Origin: an uncultured bacterium
GTDB taxonomy: Bacteria; DYJV01
Length of the DNA: 41,941 bases
Direction of reading: 5' to 3'
Assembly (NCBI GenBank): GCA_964543655.1
Contig: CAZIZE010000001.1
Location: 1-41,941, forward strand
Positions 9,303 to 20,894 of the stretch are shown here, piece by piece. Position numbers and translations under genes: made by a program. The notes under the pieces were generated by a model. The model saw only the letters and a program-made list of their open reading frames with translations, was not told the origin of the DNA and made no database searches. Positions within the stretch are counted from its first letter, which is position 1. Every line of letters begins with the position of its first letter.

Positions 9303-10280
9303 TTGCAACAGTTAGGATACCTGCTATTTTATACCCTATATGTAGCATCAATTACACTTCTATTTAATCAATTTTTTCATAACAACACATACACATTTGC
9401 AGCTTTTATAGGAAGTATAATTACTTCTTTTTTATCATACTTTGCAATTGAATATTTAAAAAGAACTACATTAAAAAAATTAATTGGTGGTCTTGCAGGT
9501 GCATTTCTCGGACTTATTATCAGTAGGCTCGTTACGAAAAATGACCTTACTTTTATATTAAATGAAAAAATTTACAATTATGTAATTACTTTTATTCAAA
9601 TTCTTATTTTCTACATTGGTATTTCTGTTGGTATGAAAAAAGGAGAAGAGTTTGACCTGCAAGAAATTTTAAAAGGGAAAAAACAGAAAGGTAAGATTAA
9701 AATTCTTGATACAAGTGTTATTATTGATGGAAGAATAGCTGACGTTTGTGAAACAGGTTTCATTGATGGCACACTTCTCATTCCACAATTTGTATTAATT
9801 GAGCTTCAACATATAGCTGACTCATCAGATTCTCTCAAAAGAGTTAGAGGTAGAAGAGGGCTTGACATTATCAAAAGAATGCAGATGCAAACCAATGTAG
9901 ATGTTGAAATTACTGATAAAGACTTTCCAAAAATTAAAGAAGTTGACAGCAAGTTAATTCTACTTGCTCAAAAATTAGATGCAAAAATAATTACCAATGA
10001 TTATAATTTAAACAAATTAGCAGAGGTTCAGGGTGTTGAAGTTCTTAATTTAAACGCTCTTGCCAATGCATTAAAACCTGTAGTTTTACCAGGAGAAACA
10101 TTGAATATACAAATTATTAAAGAGGGTAAAGAAAAAGAACAGGGGATTGGTTATCTTGATGATGGTACCATGGTAGTTGTTGAGGATGGTAAATATAGAA
10201 TCGGTGAGAAGCTTGATGTTATAGTTACAAGTATTTTGCAGACAACTGCAGGGAGAATGATTTTTACCAGAATAAAATAA
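9303..10280 (+). CDS. Membrane PIN/TRAM domain protein (YacL family)
   Basis: N-terminal TMs; [15 protein letters not shown] motif; [12 protein letters not shown]...[13 protein letters not shown] motif; conserved carD-yacL-ispD-ispF order; TTG start. Confidence 0.92.
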   Translation: MQQLGYLLFYTLYVASITLLFNQFFHNNTYTFAAFIGSIITSFLSYFAIEYLKRTTLKKLIGGLAGAFLGLIISRLVTKNDLTFILNEKIYNYVITFIQILIFYIGISVGMKKGEEFDLQEILKGKKQKGKIKILDTSVIIDGRIADVCETGFIDGTLLIPQFVLIELQHIADSSDSLKRVRGRRGLDIIKRMQMQTNVDVEITDKDFPKIKEVDSKLILLAQKLDAKIITNDYNLNKLAEVQGVEVLNLNALANALKPVVLPGETLNIQIIKEGKEKEQGIGYLDDGTMVVVEDGKYRIGEKLDVIVTSILQTTAGRMIFTRIK

Positions 10281-10948
10281 TGAACTATGCTGTTATTGTA
10301 GCTGGTGGAGCAGGGAAACGATTTTCTAATACTGTTAAAAAACAATTTTTAAAGATAGATACTGAAACCATTCTTGAAAAAACAATTTCGCAATTTAATA
10401 CTCACAAATTAATCAACTCAATTATTTTGGTACTGCCAGAAGATGATTTGAAAATAGAGGGTTACTTAAAATATAGATTCAACAAATTAAAAAGTGTCAT
10501 AAAAGGAGGAAAAGAGAGAAAGCACTCTGTTTATAACGGCTTAACTGCAATAGAAGATTCTCTTGACAATAAAAGCAAAATATTAATACATGACGGTGTT
10601 AGACCATTTGTAAGTTATGAATTAATTACTGATATTATTAATTCACTTGACAGGTACAGCTGTGTTGTGCCAGGAATAAATGTAGAAGAGACACTTAAAA
10701 TAGTGGATTCTAAAAATTTTGTTGTTGGTACTGTTAAAAGAGAGCGATACGTAAGAATACAGACGCCTCAAGGTTTTAAAAAAGATATTATAAATCTTTA
10801 TAAAAAAGCAGTGCAACTTGACATTAATTTTACAGATGATGCACAGGTATATGAGTATTTTAGAAAAAATGTAAAAGTTATCCAAGGAGATAAAAAAAAT
10901 ATTAAAATAACAACAAAAGAAGATTTATTATGGTTTAAAAATGAATAA
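10280..10948 (+). CDS. ispD: 2-C-methyl-D-erythritol 4-phosphate cytidylyltransferase
   Basis: [39 protein letters not shown]. Confidence 0.95.
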   Translation: MNYAVIVAGGAGKRFSNTVKKQFLKIDTETILEKTISQFNTHKLINSIILVLPEDDLKIEGYLKYRFNKLKSVIKGGKERKHSVYNGLTAIEDSLDNKSKILIHDGVRPFVSYELITDIINSLDRYSCVVPGINVEETLKIVDSKNFVVGTVKRERYVRIQTPQGFKKDIINLYKKAVQLDINFTDDAQVYEYFRKNVKVIQGDKKNIKITTKEDLLWFKNE

Positions 10949-11423
10949 AATAGGCCTTGGATTTGACGTTCATAAGTTTGGGGAAAATAGAAAACTTATT
11001 TTAGGTGGTGTAGAAATCCCTTTTCACCTTGGACTGATAGGACATTCAGATGCAGATGTTCTTACTCATGCGTTAATAGATTCAATTCTTGGTGCTACTG
11101 GTAATGGTGACATTGGTGAACTTTTTCCTGATTCTGACGAAAAATATAAAGATATTAGCAGTATTCTACTTTTAAAAACAGTTTATGAAAAATTTTTAAA
11201 AAATAAATTTAAAATTTCCAATATAGATATGACCCTAATTTGTGAAAAACCAAAAATAGCAAAGTTTAAACTTAAAATAAAAGAAAAATTATCAAAAGTT
11301 TTAGAGATTCATAGTTCTGCAATAAATTTAAAAGCAACCACCACAGAAAAAATGGGTTTTACTGGAAGAGAAGAAGGAATTGCTGCTTATTCAATTATAT
11401 TAATCACAGAAAAAAATATTTAA
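10941..11423 (+). CDS. ispF: 2-C-methyl-D-erythritol 2,4-cyclodiphosphate synthase
   Basis: [34 protein letters not shown]. Confidence 0.96.
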   Translation: MNKIGLGFDVHKFGENRKLILGGVEIPFHLGLIGHSDADVLTHALIDSILGATGNGDIGELFPDSDEKYKDISSILLLKTVYEKFLKNKFKISNIDMTLICEKPKIAKFKLKIKEKLSKVLEIHSSAINLKATTTEKMGFTGREEGIAAYSIILITEKNI

Positions 11424-11431
11424 GGTATAAT

Positions 11432-12349
11432 ATGAAAAATCATAATACTCTAATTTTTTTCCTCATATTTTCTTTATGTTTACACATTTATCTGATTTTT
11501 AAGTTTAAACCCTCTTTTTTTCTATTTTCAAATTTTCAAAACATTAAATTAAAAAAGAATATAACCAAAGTTAAATTTATTAAAATAATAAACAAACCTG
11601 AAAAGAAACAGACTCTAAAACCTAAACCTATTATAACAAAGCCTGAGCCTAAACCTAAACCTAAACCCAAGCCAAAACCTAAGCCTAAACCTAAGCCTAA
11701 GCCTAAACCCAAGCCCAAACCTAAACCCAAACCTAAACCTAAGCCTAAGCCAAAACCTAAAACAAAGGTTGTAAAAAATCAAAAAAAAGAGATAAGTAAA
11801 ACTGTAAAAAATATTAATAAAAATAAACCTACAATAAAAAAAGTTAAAAAGAAAGAAACAACTGTTACTTTAGAAAAAACAAAGAAAAAACCCAATAAAA
11901 TAAAGAAAACAAAACCTAAAAAGAAAGTAAAAAAAGTTGAAAAATTAGATCTTTCTGCAATAAAGAAAAAAATAGCTGAGATTAAAAAAAGAGAAAAAGA
12001 AAAGCAAGAGTTATTAAAAAAAGAGGAGGAAAGAAAAAGATTAAAGCAAGAAGCTGCATATTTTTATAGCAATAGAATAAAAAATTTGATACAATCTTTA
12101 TGGAATTTTCCTAAATTTATTAAAGATGATGAGTTGCCATATTTAAAAATTAAAATCAAATTAAGAGTTGACAAATCAGGTAAAATTATTGGCAAACCAA
12201 TTGTTTTGGAAAAATCAAAAAATAAATATTTTAATGATTCAGCACTTATTGCAATAGAAAAATTAAACATGCATAGAATTCCATTACCACCAGTAATTGA
12301 TGACAAATATATTGACATAATTTTAACATTAACACCACCTGGGCAATAA
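11432..12349 (+). CDS. TolA/TonB-family energy transducer
   Basis: N-terminal TM with SxxxH (SLCLH), Lys/Pro-rich linker, TonB-C-like domain (IQSLWNFP...SKNKYFNDSALIA); directly upstream of tolB, so probably TolA. Confidence 0.8.
   Translation: MKNHNTLIFFLIFSLCLHIYLIFKFKPSFFLFSNFQNIKLKKNITKVKFIKIINKPEKKQTLKPKPIITKPEPKPKPKPKPKPKPKPKPKPKPKPKPKPKPKPKPKPKPKTKVVKNQKKEISKTVKNINKNKPTIKKVKKKETTVTLEKTKKKPNKIKKTKPKKKVKKVEKLDLSAIKKKIAEIKKREKEKQELLKKEEERKRLKQEAAYFYSNRIKNLIQSLWNFPKFIKDDELPYLKIKIKLRVDKSGKIIGKPIVLEKSKNKYFNDSALIAIEKLNMHRIPLPPVIDDKYIDIILTLTPPGQ
11651..11758 (+). repeat. 18 x 6-bp degenerate tandem repeat AA(A/G)CC(T/C/A) encoding (Lys-Pro)18
   Basis: Read directly from the sequence; synonymous third-position variation between units. 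Confidence 0.95.
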
Positions 12350-12367
12350 ATTAATAAGGAGTATAAA

Positions 12368-13654
12368 ATGTTTTTTAAAAAATTAATTATTTTATTTATT
12401 TTCATTATATTTCCTCTAAATATTTTACATGCAGATTTACAAATTGATATAGATGTTAGCGCAAAGCAGAAGAGTAAAATTCCAATCTGTCTTGTAAAAT
12501 TTAAAGCAAAGAATAATTTAAACGCTCTATCAAGTAAAGTATTTAATATAATCAATAATGACCTTAATTTTTCTGACAATTTTAATATATTTAAATGGGA
12601 AAAAACAAATGTTTTTCAATTTACACTCCCACAAGAAATTTTAAAAGCATTTAATAAAGCAGAATTTATAATCAGTGGTGAGGTTGGTAAAAGCCCTTTA
12701 AATAGTAATGAAATATATGTTACAGTTAAAATATATGATATATTTTTAAAGAAAAATAATTTGTATAAAAGATTTTATGGGAAAAAATCTTTATACAGAA
12801 AAATTGCCCATAGAATCAGCAATAATATTATGGAGACTCTTACTGGGACAAAAGGTATATTTGAGGATAAAATATTGTATGTATCCAACAAAACTGGGCT
12901 TAAACAGATATATTTAATGGACTATGATGGAAAGGGAGTTCAACAATTAATTAAAAATAACACTATTAATATTAGCCCCAAGATATTTAAAAATTATCTC
13001 TATTTTACATCGTTTCAAAATGGCAGCCCTGAAATATTTGTAAAAAACCTTGTTACTGGTTATGTTAAATTGTTAATTAAAGCTGGTAATTTTTCAGCTT
13101 CACCAGATATTAATCAACATCAAGAAATTGTTGCAATGTTTGAAAAAGGTGGAGATTCTGAAATAGGAATTTTCAACAAAAACGGCAATCTCATTAAAGA
13201 AATTACTGATAATATTTTTAATGAATCCTCACCTGTATGGTCTCACAGTGGAAACAAAATAGCTTTTGTCTCAAACAGGACAGGCACACCTCAAATATAC
13301 ATTTACGATAATGTAAAAAATATTACAACAAGATTGACATATACTTCTAAATATTGTGCATACCCGTCGTGGGGTTATAATGATACTTATATTTATTTTG
13401 CTTCTTTAATAAATGGAAAATTTAAAATCTGCAGAATGAGTGTTGGTCAAATGCATTATGAACAATTAACTTTTGGAAATTTTTCTGAGGAATTTCCATC
13501 TGTTTCTAAAGATGGGAAATATTTGCTATTTACCAGAAAAATAGGTTTTAATAGACAAATTTTCATTAAAAATATTGAAACTGGCAAAACTTTTCAGGTA
13601 ACATATGATAATTCAGACAAAAGTTATCCCTCATGGTATTATGGAAATTATTAA
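12368..13654 (+). CDS. tolB: Tol-Pal system beta-propeller protein TolB
   Basis: Signal peptide, TolB N-domain (IINNDLNFSD, RKIAHRISN, LTGTKGIF), PD40 repeats (MDYDG, SPVWSHSG, IAFVSNRTGTPQIY). Confidence 0.88.
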   Translation: MFFKKLIILFIFIIFPLNILHADLQIDIDVSAKQKSKIPICLVKFKAKNNLNALSSKVFNIINNDLNFSDNFNIFKWEKTNVFQFTLPQEILKAFNKAEFIISGEVGKSPLNSNEIYVTVKIYDIFLKKNNLYKRFYGKKSLYRKIAHRISNNIMETLTGTKGIFEDKILYVSNKTGLKQIYLMDYDGKGVQQLIKNNTINISPKIFKNYLYFTSFQNGSPEIFVKNLVTGYVKLLIKAGNFSASPDINQHQEIVAMFEKGGDSEIGIFNKNGNLIKEITDNIFNESSPVWSHSGNKIAFVSNRTGTPQIYIYDNVKNITTRLTYTSKYCAYPSWGYNDTYIYFASLINGKFKICRMSVGQMHYEQLTFGNFSEEFPSVSKDGKYLLFTRKIGFNRQIFIKNIETGKTFQVTYDNSDKSYPSWYYGNY

Positions 13655-14057
13655 TAATTTAACTGAGCTAAAAGCTTTTGCCAATAAATTTGCAAAAAAA
13701 CTTCTACCAGGCTCAATTGTTGGTTTAATTGGTGATTTAGGAACTGGCAAAACACAATTAACCAAATTCATGGTGCAATCTTTAGGTGGTGATATATCAG
13801 AAATTAGCAGCCCAACCTTTACTATTATTAATGAGTATCTAATTAATGAATCATTAAAAGTTTATCATTTTGATCTATACAGATTAAAAAGTATTGAAGA
13901 ATTAGAAGAAATAGGGTATGAGGATTTCTTCTTTAGTGGTAATATCTCTATTATTGAGTGGATTGATAATATACCTGAATGTATTGATATGGCTACAAAT
14001 TTAATAAAGATAGAGTATCTTGATTTTAACAGTAGAAAATTAACTATATTAAAATAA
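13641..14057 (+). CDS. tsaE: tRNA threonylcarbamoyladenosine biosynthesis ATPase
   Basis: GDLGTGKT, SSPTF, HFDLYRL, IIEW; start moved to ATG 13641 (MEIINN), overlapping the tolB stop. Confidence 0.93.
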   Translation: MEIINNLTELKAFANKFAKKLLPGSIVGLIGDLGTGKTQLTKFMVQSLGGDISEISSPTFTIINEYLINESLKVYHFDLYRLKSIEELEEIGYEDFFFSGNISIIEWIDNIPECIDMATNLIKIEYLDFNSRKLTILK

Positions 14058-14088
14058 ATCTATATGTATTCATTCTCTGGAGGAATAA

Positions 14089-15318
14089 ATGGGAATAATT
14101 GTACAAAAATTTGGAGGCACATCAGTTGGCACTATTGAAAAAATTTTTAATGTAGCTAATAAAGTTATAAATGAAGTAAAAAGGGGTAACAAAGTAGTTG
14201 TGGTAGTCTCTGCAATGTCTGGAGAAACTGATAGATTGGTTAACCTTGCTTTAAGTGTAGATGAAAAAGCAATTGATGATAGAGAATATGATGTTATTAT
14301 CTCTACAGGTGAGCAGGTTACCATAGGGCTTCTATCCCTTGCTTTAAAAAAGCTTGGTTACAATGCCAAATCATTTCTCGGTTTCCAGGTTCCTATAATA
14401 ACAGACAGCATTCATTCAAAAGCAAGAATTTTAGACATTCAACCTGACAATATTTTAAACACAATAAATCAGGGGACAATTGCAGTAGTTGCAGGTTTTC
14501 AAGGTAAAGATAAATTTGGCAATATTACAACACTTGGCAGGGGAGGCTCTGACACAAGTGCAGTTGCAATTGCAGCAGCAATAAAAGCTGACAGATGTGA
14601 TATTTATACTGATGTAGATGGAGTTTACACAACTGATCCCCATATTTGTAGTAATGCAAGAAAAATAGATATTATAAGTTATGAAGAGATGCTTGAGTTC
14701 GCAAGTCTTGGTGCAAAAGTATTGCAACTACGTTCAGTTGAATTTGCTCAAAAATATAACGTTAAGTTGCACGTTAGAAGCTCTTTTAATGATAAAGAAG
14801 GAACAATTGTTTGCAAGGAGGATGAAAAAATGGAAGATGCTATGATAACTGGAGTTGCTTATGACAAAAATCAAGCCAAAATATCAATAATTAAAATCCC
14901 GGATCATCCTGGTATAGCAGCTAAAATCTTTAATTCTATAGCAGAAAATAATATTAATGTTGATATGATTGTTCAGAACATTTCAGAGGAAAATGGATGT
15001 ACTGATCTCACCTTTACTGTATCAAAAGTAGACTTTCAGAAAGCAATGGACATTACAAAAAAAATAGCTAAAGAGATAAATGCAAAAGAGGTAAAAGGTG
15101 ATGATAGAATATCCAAAGTATCTGTTATTGGAGTTGGTATGCGTAGTCATTATGGAATTGCTTCTAAGATGTTTACACTTCTTGCTAATGAGAATATTAA
15201 TATTCAAATGATTAGCACTTCTGAAATTAAAATTTCTTGTGTAATAGAAGAGAAATATACAGAGCTTGCTGTAAGAATCTTACATGATGGTTTTAACCTT
15301 GGAAAAAATGGAGAATAA
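14089..15318 (+). CDS. lysC: Aspartate kinase
   Basis: [31 protein letters not shown], two ACT domains; SD ggagg. Confidence 0.96.
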   Translation: MGIIVQKFGGTSVGTIEKIFNVANKVINEVKRGNKVVVVVSAMSGETDRLVNLALSVDEKAIDDREYDVIISTGEQVTIGLLSLALKKLGYNAKSFLGFQVPIITDSIHSKARILDIQPDNILNTINQGTIAVVAGFQGKDKFGNITTLGRGGSDTSAVAIAAAIKADRCDIYTDVDGVYTTDPHICSNARKIDIISYEEMLEFASLGAKVLQLRSVEFAQKYNVKLHVRSSFNDKEGTIVCKEDEKMEDAMITGVAYDKNQAKISIIKIPDHPGIAAKIFNSIAENNINVDMIVQNISEENGCTDLTFTVSKVDFQKAMDITKKIAKEINAKEVKGDDRISKVSVIGVGMRSHYGIASKMFTLLANENINIQMISTSEIKISCVIEEKYTELAVRILHDGFNLGKNGE

Positions 15319-15319
15319 A

Positions 15320-16912
15320 ATGACATCAATAAAAATATATGATACCACATTAAGAGATGGTACTCAAGCTGAAGATATTTCTGTGTCAGCTAAAGATAAA
15401 ATAAAAATTGCAAAAAAATTAGATGAAATGTTTTTTGATTATATTGAAGGTGGATGGCCTGGTTCCAATCCTAAAGATATGGATTTTTTCCAGGAAATGA
15501 AAAATGAGCATCTTTCACATTCTAAGCTTGTTGCTTTTGGAAGCACAAAAAGGGCTGATAATAGAATAGAAAATGATGCCTCTATTCAATCTTTACTAAA
15601 AGCAGAGGTTCCAGTTGTTACTATTTTTGGTAAAACATGGGATTTCCATGTAACTGAAGCATTAAAAATATCATTAGAGCAGAATCTGGAAATAATAAAT
15701 GAAACAATCAGATATTTAAAAAAATATCATGATGAGGTTATCTATGATGCAGAACATTTCTTTGATGGTTTTAAAAAAAACGAAAAATATGCTATTGAAA
15801 CAATAAAATCAGCCATTGATGCTGGTGCTGACTGGATTGTGTTTTGTGATACAAATGGTGGTAGCCTTCCTCATGAAATTAGTGAAATTATTGAAAAGAT
15901 AAAACCTTTTATTAATGATAAAGTAAATCTTGGAATTCATACACATAATGATGGTGAGCTTGCAGTAGCTAATTCCCTTGTTGCAGTGCAATCTGGTATT
16001 AAGATGGTTCAAGGAACAATTAATGGTTTTGGTGAAAGATGTGGTAATGCAAATCTATGCTCAATTATTCCTAATTTAATTTTAAAAATGGGAAAAGAAT
16101 GCTTAAAAGGTAAAGAATCCTTAAAAAAACTTACCCAGCTATCAAGATTTGTAAATGAAATTTTAAATAAAAGACATTTCAGACATCAACCTTTTGTAGG
16201 CATTAGTGCTTTTACTCATAAAGGTGGAGTGCATGTTAGTGCAGTGTTAAAAGCTGCTGAAACTTATGAGCATATTAATCCAGAGCTTGTGGGTAACAAA
16301 AGGAGAGTTGTTGTATCTGACCTATCTGGTAAGAGCAATATTTTTGCAAAAGCTGAAGAACTTGGACTTAAAATAGATGAAAAAAGTGAATTAACGAAAG
16401 AGATTTTAAATAAAGTGAAAGATTTAGAAAACAAAGGGTTTCAGTTTGAAGGTGCAGACGCTTCTTTTGAAATACTCACAAGAAAGGCAAGTGGTGATTA
16501 TCATAAATTTTTTGATTTAATTGGATTTAGGGTTATAGATGAAAAAATTAAAGATTCTGGGACTCCTATTACAGAAGCAACCATTATGATAAAAGTAGGA
16601 GATAAAATAGAGCACACAGCTGCCATGGGTCAGGGACCAGTAAATGCTCTTGATAATGCTCTTAGAAAAGCATTAAAAACCATATATCCTGTTATTGAAA
16701 AAGTTAGATTAAGTGATTATAAAGTTAGAATTCTGTCTCCTGATGCAGGGACAGCAGCTCTAACAAGAGTGTTAATAGAATCTGAAGATGGTGAAGACAA
16801 GTGGACAACTGTTGGTGTTTCTGAAAATATTATAGAAGCAAGCTGGCAGGCACTTGTAGATTCTCTGGAATATAAGCTTTTAAAATCTTCAGAGAAAAAA
16901 GAAAATTCTTAG
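15320..16912 (+). CDS. cimA: Citramalate synthase (LeuA/CimA family)
   Basis: [39 protein letters not shown]; likely start ATG 15320 after SD ggaga and the lysC stop. Confidence 0.88.
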   Translation: MTSIKIYDTTLRDGTQAEDISVSAKDKIKIAKKLDEMFFDYIEGGWPGSNPKDMDFFQEMKNEHLSHSKLVAFGSTKRADNRIENDASIQSLLKAEVPVVTIFGKTWDFHVTEALKISLEQNLEIINETIRYLKKYHDEVIYDAEHFFDGFKKNEKYAIETIKSAIDAGADWIVFCDTNGGSLPHEISEIIEKIKPFINDKVNLGIHTHNDGELAVANSLVAVQSGIKMVQGTINGFGERCGNANLCSIIPNLILKMGKECLKGKESLKKLTQLSRFVNEILNKRHFRHQPFVGISAFTHKGGVHVSAVLKAAETYEHINPELVGNKRRVVVSDLSGKSNIFAKAEELGLKIDEKSELTKEILNKVKDLENKGFQFEGADASFEILTRKASGDYHKFFDLIGFRVIDEKIKDSGTPITEATIMIKVGDKIEHTAAMGQGPVNALDNALRKALKTIYPVIEKVRLSDYKVRILSPDAGTAALTRVLIESEDGEDKWTTVGVSENIIEASWQALVDSLEYKLLKSSEKKENS

Positions 16913-16925
16913 AAGGAGGAAATAA

Positions 16926-18027
<1,102 letters not shown>

Positions 18028-18056
18028 ATTCTAACCTTTTGAACGGAAAAAAGGAA

Positions 18057-18133
<77 letters not shown>

Positions 18134-18151
18134 GCTTTATTGTAAAAAAAA

Positions 18152-18224
18152 TAGGCGGAACAGGGATTGAACCTGTGACCCCCGGCTTGTAAGGCCGGTG
18201 CTCTCCCAGCTGAGCTATCCGCCC
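18152..18224 (-). tRNA. tRNA-Val(TAC), CCA not encoded
   Basis: Reverse complement GGGCGGATAGCTCAGCTGGGAGAGC...CCTTACAAG...GGTTCAATCCC...CCGCCTA, 73 nt. Confidence 0.97.
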
Positions 18225-18249
18225 GTTGATTTAAGGAAATAAATGAATA

Positions 18250-18522
18250 TTAAGATACCGCTTCTTTAAGTCCTTTACCAGCTCTAAATTTTGGAGCTTT
18301 GCAAGCTGCAATTGTAATTTCAGCGCCTGTTTGAGGATTCCTGCCTTTTCTTTCTGCTCTTTCAACAACTTCAAAAGTCCCAAATCCAACCAAACTAACC
18401 TTTTCACCGTTTTGAAGTGCTTCTTTAACAACGTCCATAAATGCGTTTACTGCTTTTTCTGCATCTTTTTTGCTAAAACCTGTTTTTTCACTTACTTTTG
18501 AAATAAAATCAGCTTTTGTCAT
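18250..18522 (-). CDS. hup: DNA-binding protein HU
   Basis: [17 protein letters not shown]...[15 protein letters not shown] aaggag. Confidence 0.96.
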   Translation of the reverse strand: MTKADFISKVSEKTGFSKKDAEKAVNAFMDVVKEALQNGEKVSLVGFGTFEVVERAERKGRNPQTGAEITIAACKAPKFRAGKGLKEAVS

Positions 18523-18562
18523 GGGCGACTCCTTTTTTTTTATTTCCCCTCAAACGAGGGGA

Positions 18563-18591
18563 TATATAGCGATCTTTCCTTGATTTGTCAA
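18563..18591 (-). promoter_or_regulatory. Putative sigma70 promoter for hup-tRNA-Val-tRNA-Asp
   Basis: TTGACA (18591-18586), 17 bp, TATATA (18568-18563), then a C-rich discriminator. Confidence 0.55.
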
Positions 18592-18619
18592 GCTTTTTTT
18601 TAAAAAAAATTAATTTATA

Positions 18620-18648
18620 TTGAATTTTAATTATAATTATTATATAAT
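18620..18648 (+). promoter_or_regulatory. Putative sigma70 promoter for the DUF3334 gene
   Basis: TTGAAT, 17 bp, TATAAT, 24 bp upstream of the ATG. The AT-rich background lowers specificity. Confidence 0.5.
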
Positions 18649-18672
18649 ATTAAAAAAATCAAGGAGTTTTTT

Positions 18673-19293
18673 ATGAAAATAAAAAATAGTATCAATGAGT
18701 TAGCTAAAATATTTTGCTCTGGTACAAAAGAAATTATTGAAATTAACACTAACTCAAATATTACCTTTTCTCCAACCATACAAAAAATTCCTACAACATA
18801 TTTAAAGCCTGATATTGGCTGCTTTATGCAACTCTCTGGTGATTTTTCAGGTCTTGTAATTTTTAACTTCACAGGAGATGCAGCAATTGAAATATATAGG
18901 AATTACATGTTAAATCTTGGTATGCCTGAAGATGAAATTACACATAACTTTAATTCAAATGAAGTTACTGACAGCCTTGGTGAAATTATTAATCAAATTG
19001 GAGGCAAAGTTAGACAAGAAATAGAAAAAACTTTTAAAATCTCTGTAAAGAATAATCAACCTAAAGCTATAACAATTTCCAACTCTATACTGATTTCAAT
19101 TGCTTCAGACTTAACCAAACCACAATGTAGAAGAATTTCTTTTAAAACAGCAATGCAAAAATCTTTCTACATTGAGCTTGCAATTGAGCAAACAGAGTTT
19201 ATTTGTCTTTTTGATATTGAAGATGAGGAAACAGAAGATTTTGATATTAACAATATTGACATAGAATCATTAATTGCAGAGCAGAATAGTTAG
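18673..19293 (+). CDS. DUF3334-type CheC/CheX-like protein
   Basis: LKPDIGCF, SGDFSGLVIFNF, DSLGEIINQ (ExxN), QCRRISF; acidic tail; SD aaggag. Confidence 0.7.
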   Translation: MKIKNSINELAKIFCSGTKEIIEINTNSNITFSPTIQKIPTTYLKPDIGCFMQLSGDFSGLVIFNFTGDAAIEIYRNYMLNLGMPEDEITHNFNSNEVTDSLGEIINQIGGKVRQEIEKTFKISVKNNQPKAITISNSILISIASDLTKPQCRRISFKTAMQKSFYIELAIEQTEFICLFDIEDEETEDFDINNIDIESLIAEQNS

Positions 19294-19294
19294 C

Positions 19295-19837
19295 TTATAT
19301 TCTCAGCTCTGATAAAATAGCTTCCTTTTCTATGTCATAAATGCTGATAATATTAGAATCAAGGTCAATTATTGCGCAGGTACCATTTATATGATTTTTA
19401 GGTATTGAAAGTGAACCCGGGTTAAGATAAACAGTACGATTAATTTTTTCTAAATTATAATTATGAGTATGCCCGGAAATTATTATATCACTACTTTTTA
19501 AAAATTTTTCTGGCAATTTTTTGTCACCATGTGTGGCAAAAATTTTAACTCCCTCTAAAACAAGATATAGATATGGCGATGCTATTGGTACATTAATCAT
19601 CATTTGATCAACTTCACTATCGCAATTACCCTTGCAAAATAGAATATCAACAGGTAGGCTATTTAAATATTCTGATAAAGCTTCAGGATTATAATTATCA
19701 GGAATTTTGTTTCTTGGACCATGATTTAAAATATCCCCTGCATGTATAATTAAGTTTACATTTTGGAAAAACCTTTCCATTGCAGTTTTAAATGAAAACT
19801 CATCACCATGGGTATCACTAACAACACCAATCTGCAT
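19295..19837 (-). CDS. yfcE: YfcE-family metallophosphoesterase
   Basis: SDTHG, GDILNHGPRN, GNCD, THG, GHTH, NPGS. Confidence 0.88.
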   Translation of the reverse strand: MQIGVVSDTHGDEFSFKTAMERFFQNVNLIIHAGDILNHGPRNKIPDNYNPEALSEYLNSLPVDILFCKGNCDSEVDQMMINVPIASPYLYLVLEGVKIFATHGDKKLPEKFLKSSDIIISGHTHNYNLEKINRTVYLNPGSLSIPKNHINGTCAIIDLDSNIISIYDIEKEAILSELRI

Positions 19838-20326
19838 CTAATCCCCCCTATTAAATTTTTCTTTTAAAATTTTTTCAACATAAGGTGGAACTAACTTTGA
19901 TATATCTCCATTTAACATTGCTATCTCTTTTACAATTTTAGAGCTAATATATAAATTTTCTTCTGACGCCATCATATAAATTGTATCCACTTTACTGTTA
20001 AGTTTCCTATTTATCTGTGCAAGCTGAAATTCAAATTCAAAATCTGAAATAGCCCTTAAACCCCGTATAATTACTTTTACATTTATTTTGTCAAGATACT
20101 TAACAAGCAGTCCTTCAAATGTATCAACTATAACTTTAGGATTATTTTGAAAAACTTTTCTAATAATTGCAACTCTCTCTTCAGGGGTAAAAAGATGTGA
20201 TTTTTGATAATTTGTTGCAACAGAAACTATAATTTTGTCAAATATCATCGAGCTTCTGCAAATAATATCAACATGCCCATTGGTAATTGGATCAAAAGAG
20301 CCTGGATAAACAGCAACATTTTCCAC
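19838..20326 (-). CDS. coaD: Phosphopantetheine adenylyltransferase
   Basis: YPGSFDPITNGH, RGLRAISDFEFE, ISSKIVKE; GTG start with SD aaggag. Confidence 0.96.
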   Translation of the reverse strand: MENVAVYPGSFDPITNGHVDIICRSSMIFDKIIVSVATNYQKSHLFTPEERVAIIRKVFQNNPKVIVDTFEGLLVKYLDKINVKVIIRGLRAISDFEFEFQLAQINRKLNSKVDTIYMMASEENLYISSKIVKEIAMLNGDISKLVPPYVEKILKEKFNRGD

Positions 20327-20339
20327 ATTATTCTCCTTT

Positions 20340-20894
20340 CTAATAGTTCTTCTTTAAGAAAATCAATTTGGTTTCTCCATATTTTTTCTCTTTTAATAAT
20401 TCAAAAATATTATGAAAATCAAATGGTTCATTTTTAAAACATTCTAATATTATTAAATTATCATCTGTTAACCTGTTAAAATTCTTTAAGCTATTCAATA
20501 ATCTCTGTATAAAACCTTTATTGTAAGGTGGATCTGCAAAAATTATATCAATATTTTCTCTTTCATCAAAGTTATTTAAGAAATCAAAACAATCTCTATT
20601 AATAATTCTATAAGCACTTTTTTGAATATTTAAAAGCTCAAAATTTCTTTTTATTAAATTTAAATTTTTTCTATTCTTTTCAACTAATACAACCTTTTTA
20701 GCACCTCTACTCAATGCTTCAACTGATACAGCTCCTGTACCTGCAAATAGTTCTAAAAATACTTTATTAGTAATATTTTCACCTAAAATATTAAAAATAG
20801 CTTCTCTGACAAAATCTGAAGTAGGTCTTAACTTCTCTCCACTTTTTATAGAAGTTAAAACCTTTTTTTTAAATTTTCCTCCAATAATTCTCAT
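20340..20894 (-). CDS. rsmD: 16S rRNA (guanine966-N2)-methyltransferase
   Basis: MRIIGG, LRPTSD.VREAIFN, LFAGTG, EALSRGA, DPPY, YG; canonical rsmD-coaD pair. Confidence 0.94.
   Translation of the reverse strand: MRIIGGKFKKKVLTSIKSGEKLRPTSDFVREAIFNILGENITNKVFLELFAGTGAVSVEALSRGAKKVVLVEKNRKNLNLIKRNFELLNIQKSAYRIINRDCFDFLNNFDERENIDIIFADPPYNKGFIQRLLNSLKNFNRLTDDNLIILECFKNEPFDFHNIFELLKEKKYGETKLIFLKKNY

Noticed and set aside
9303-10280. PIN-domain gene as a toxin-antitoxin or defence toxin
   Set aside because: It is the membrane PIN/TRAM (YacL) type in its conserved carD-ispD-ispF context, with no antitoxin.
11536-11730. Minus-strand ORF encoding a (GL)n repeat
   Set aside because: Antisense shadow of the KP repeat in the tolA-like gene.
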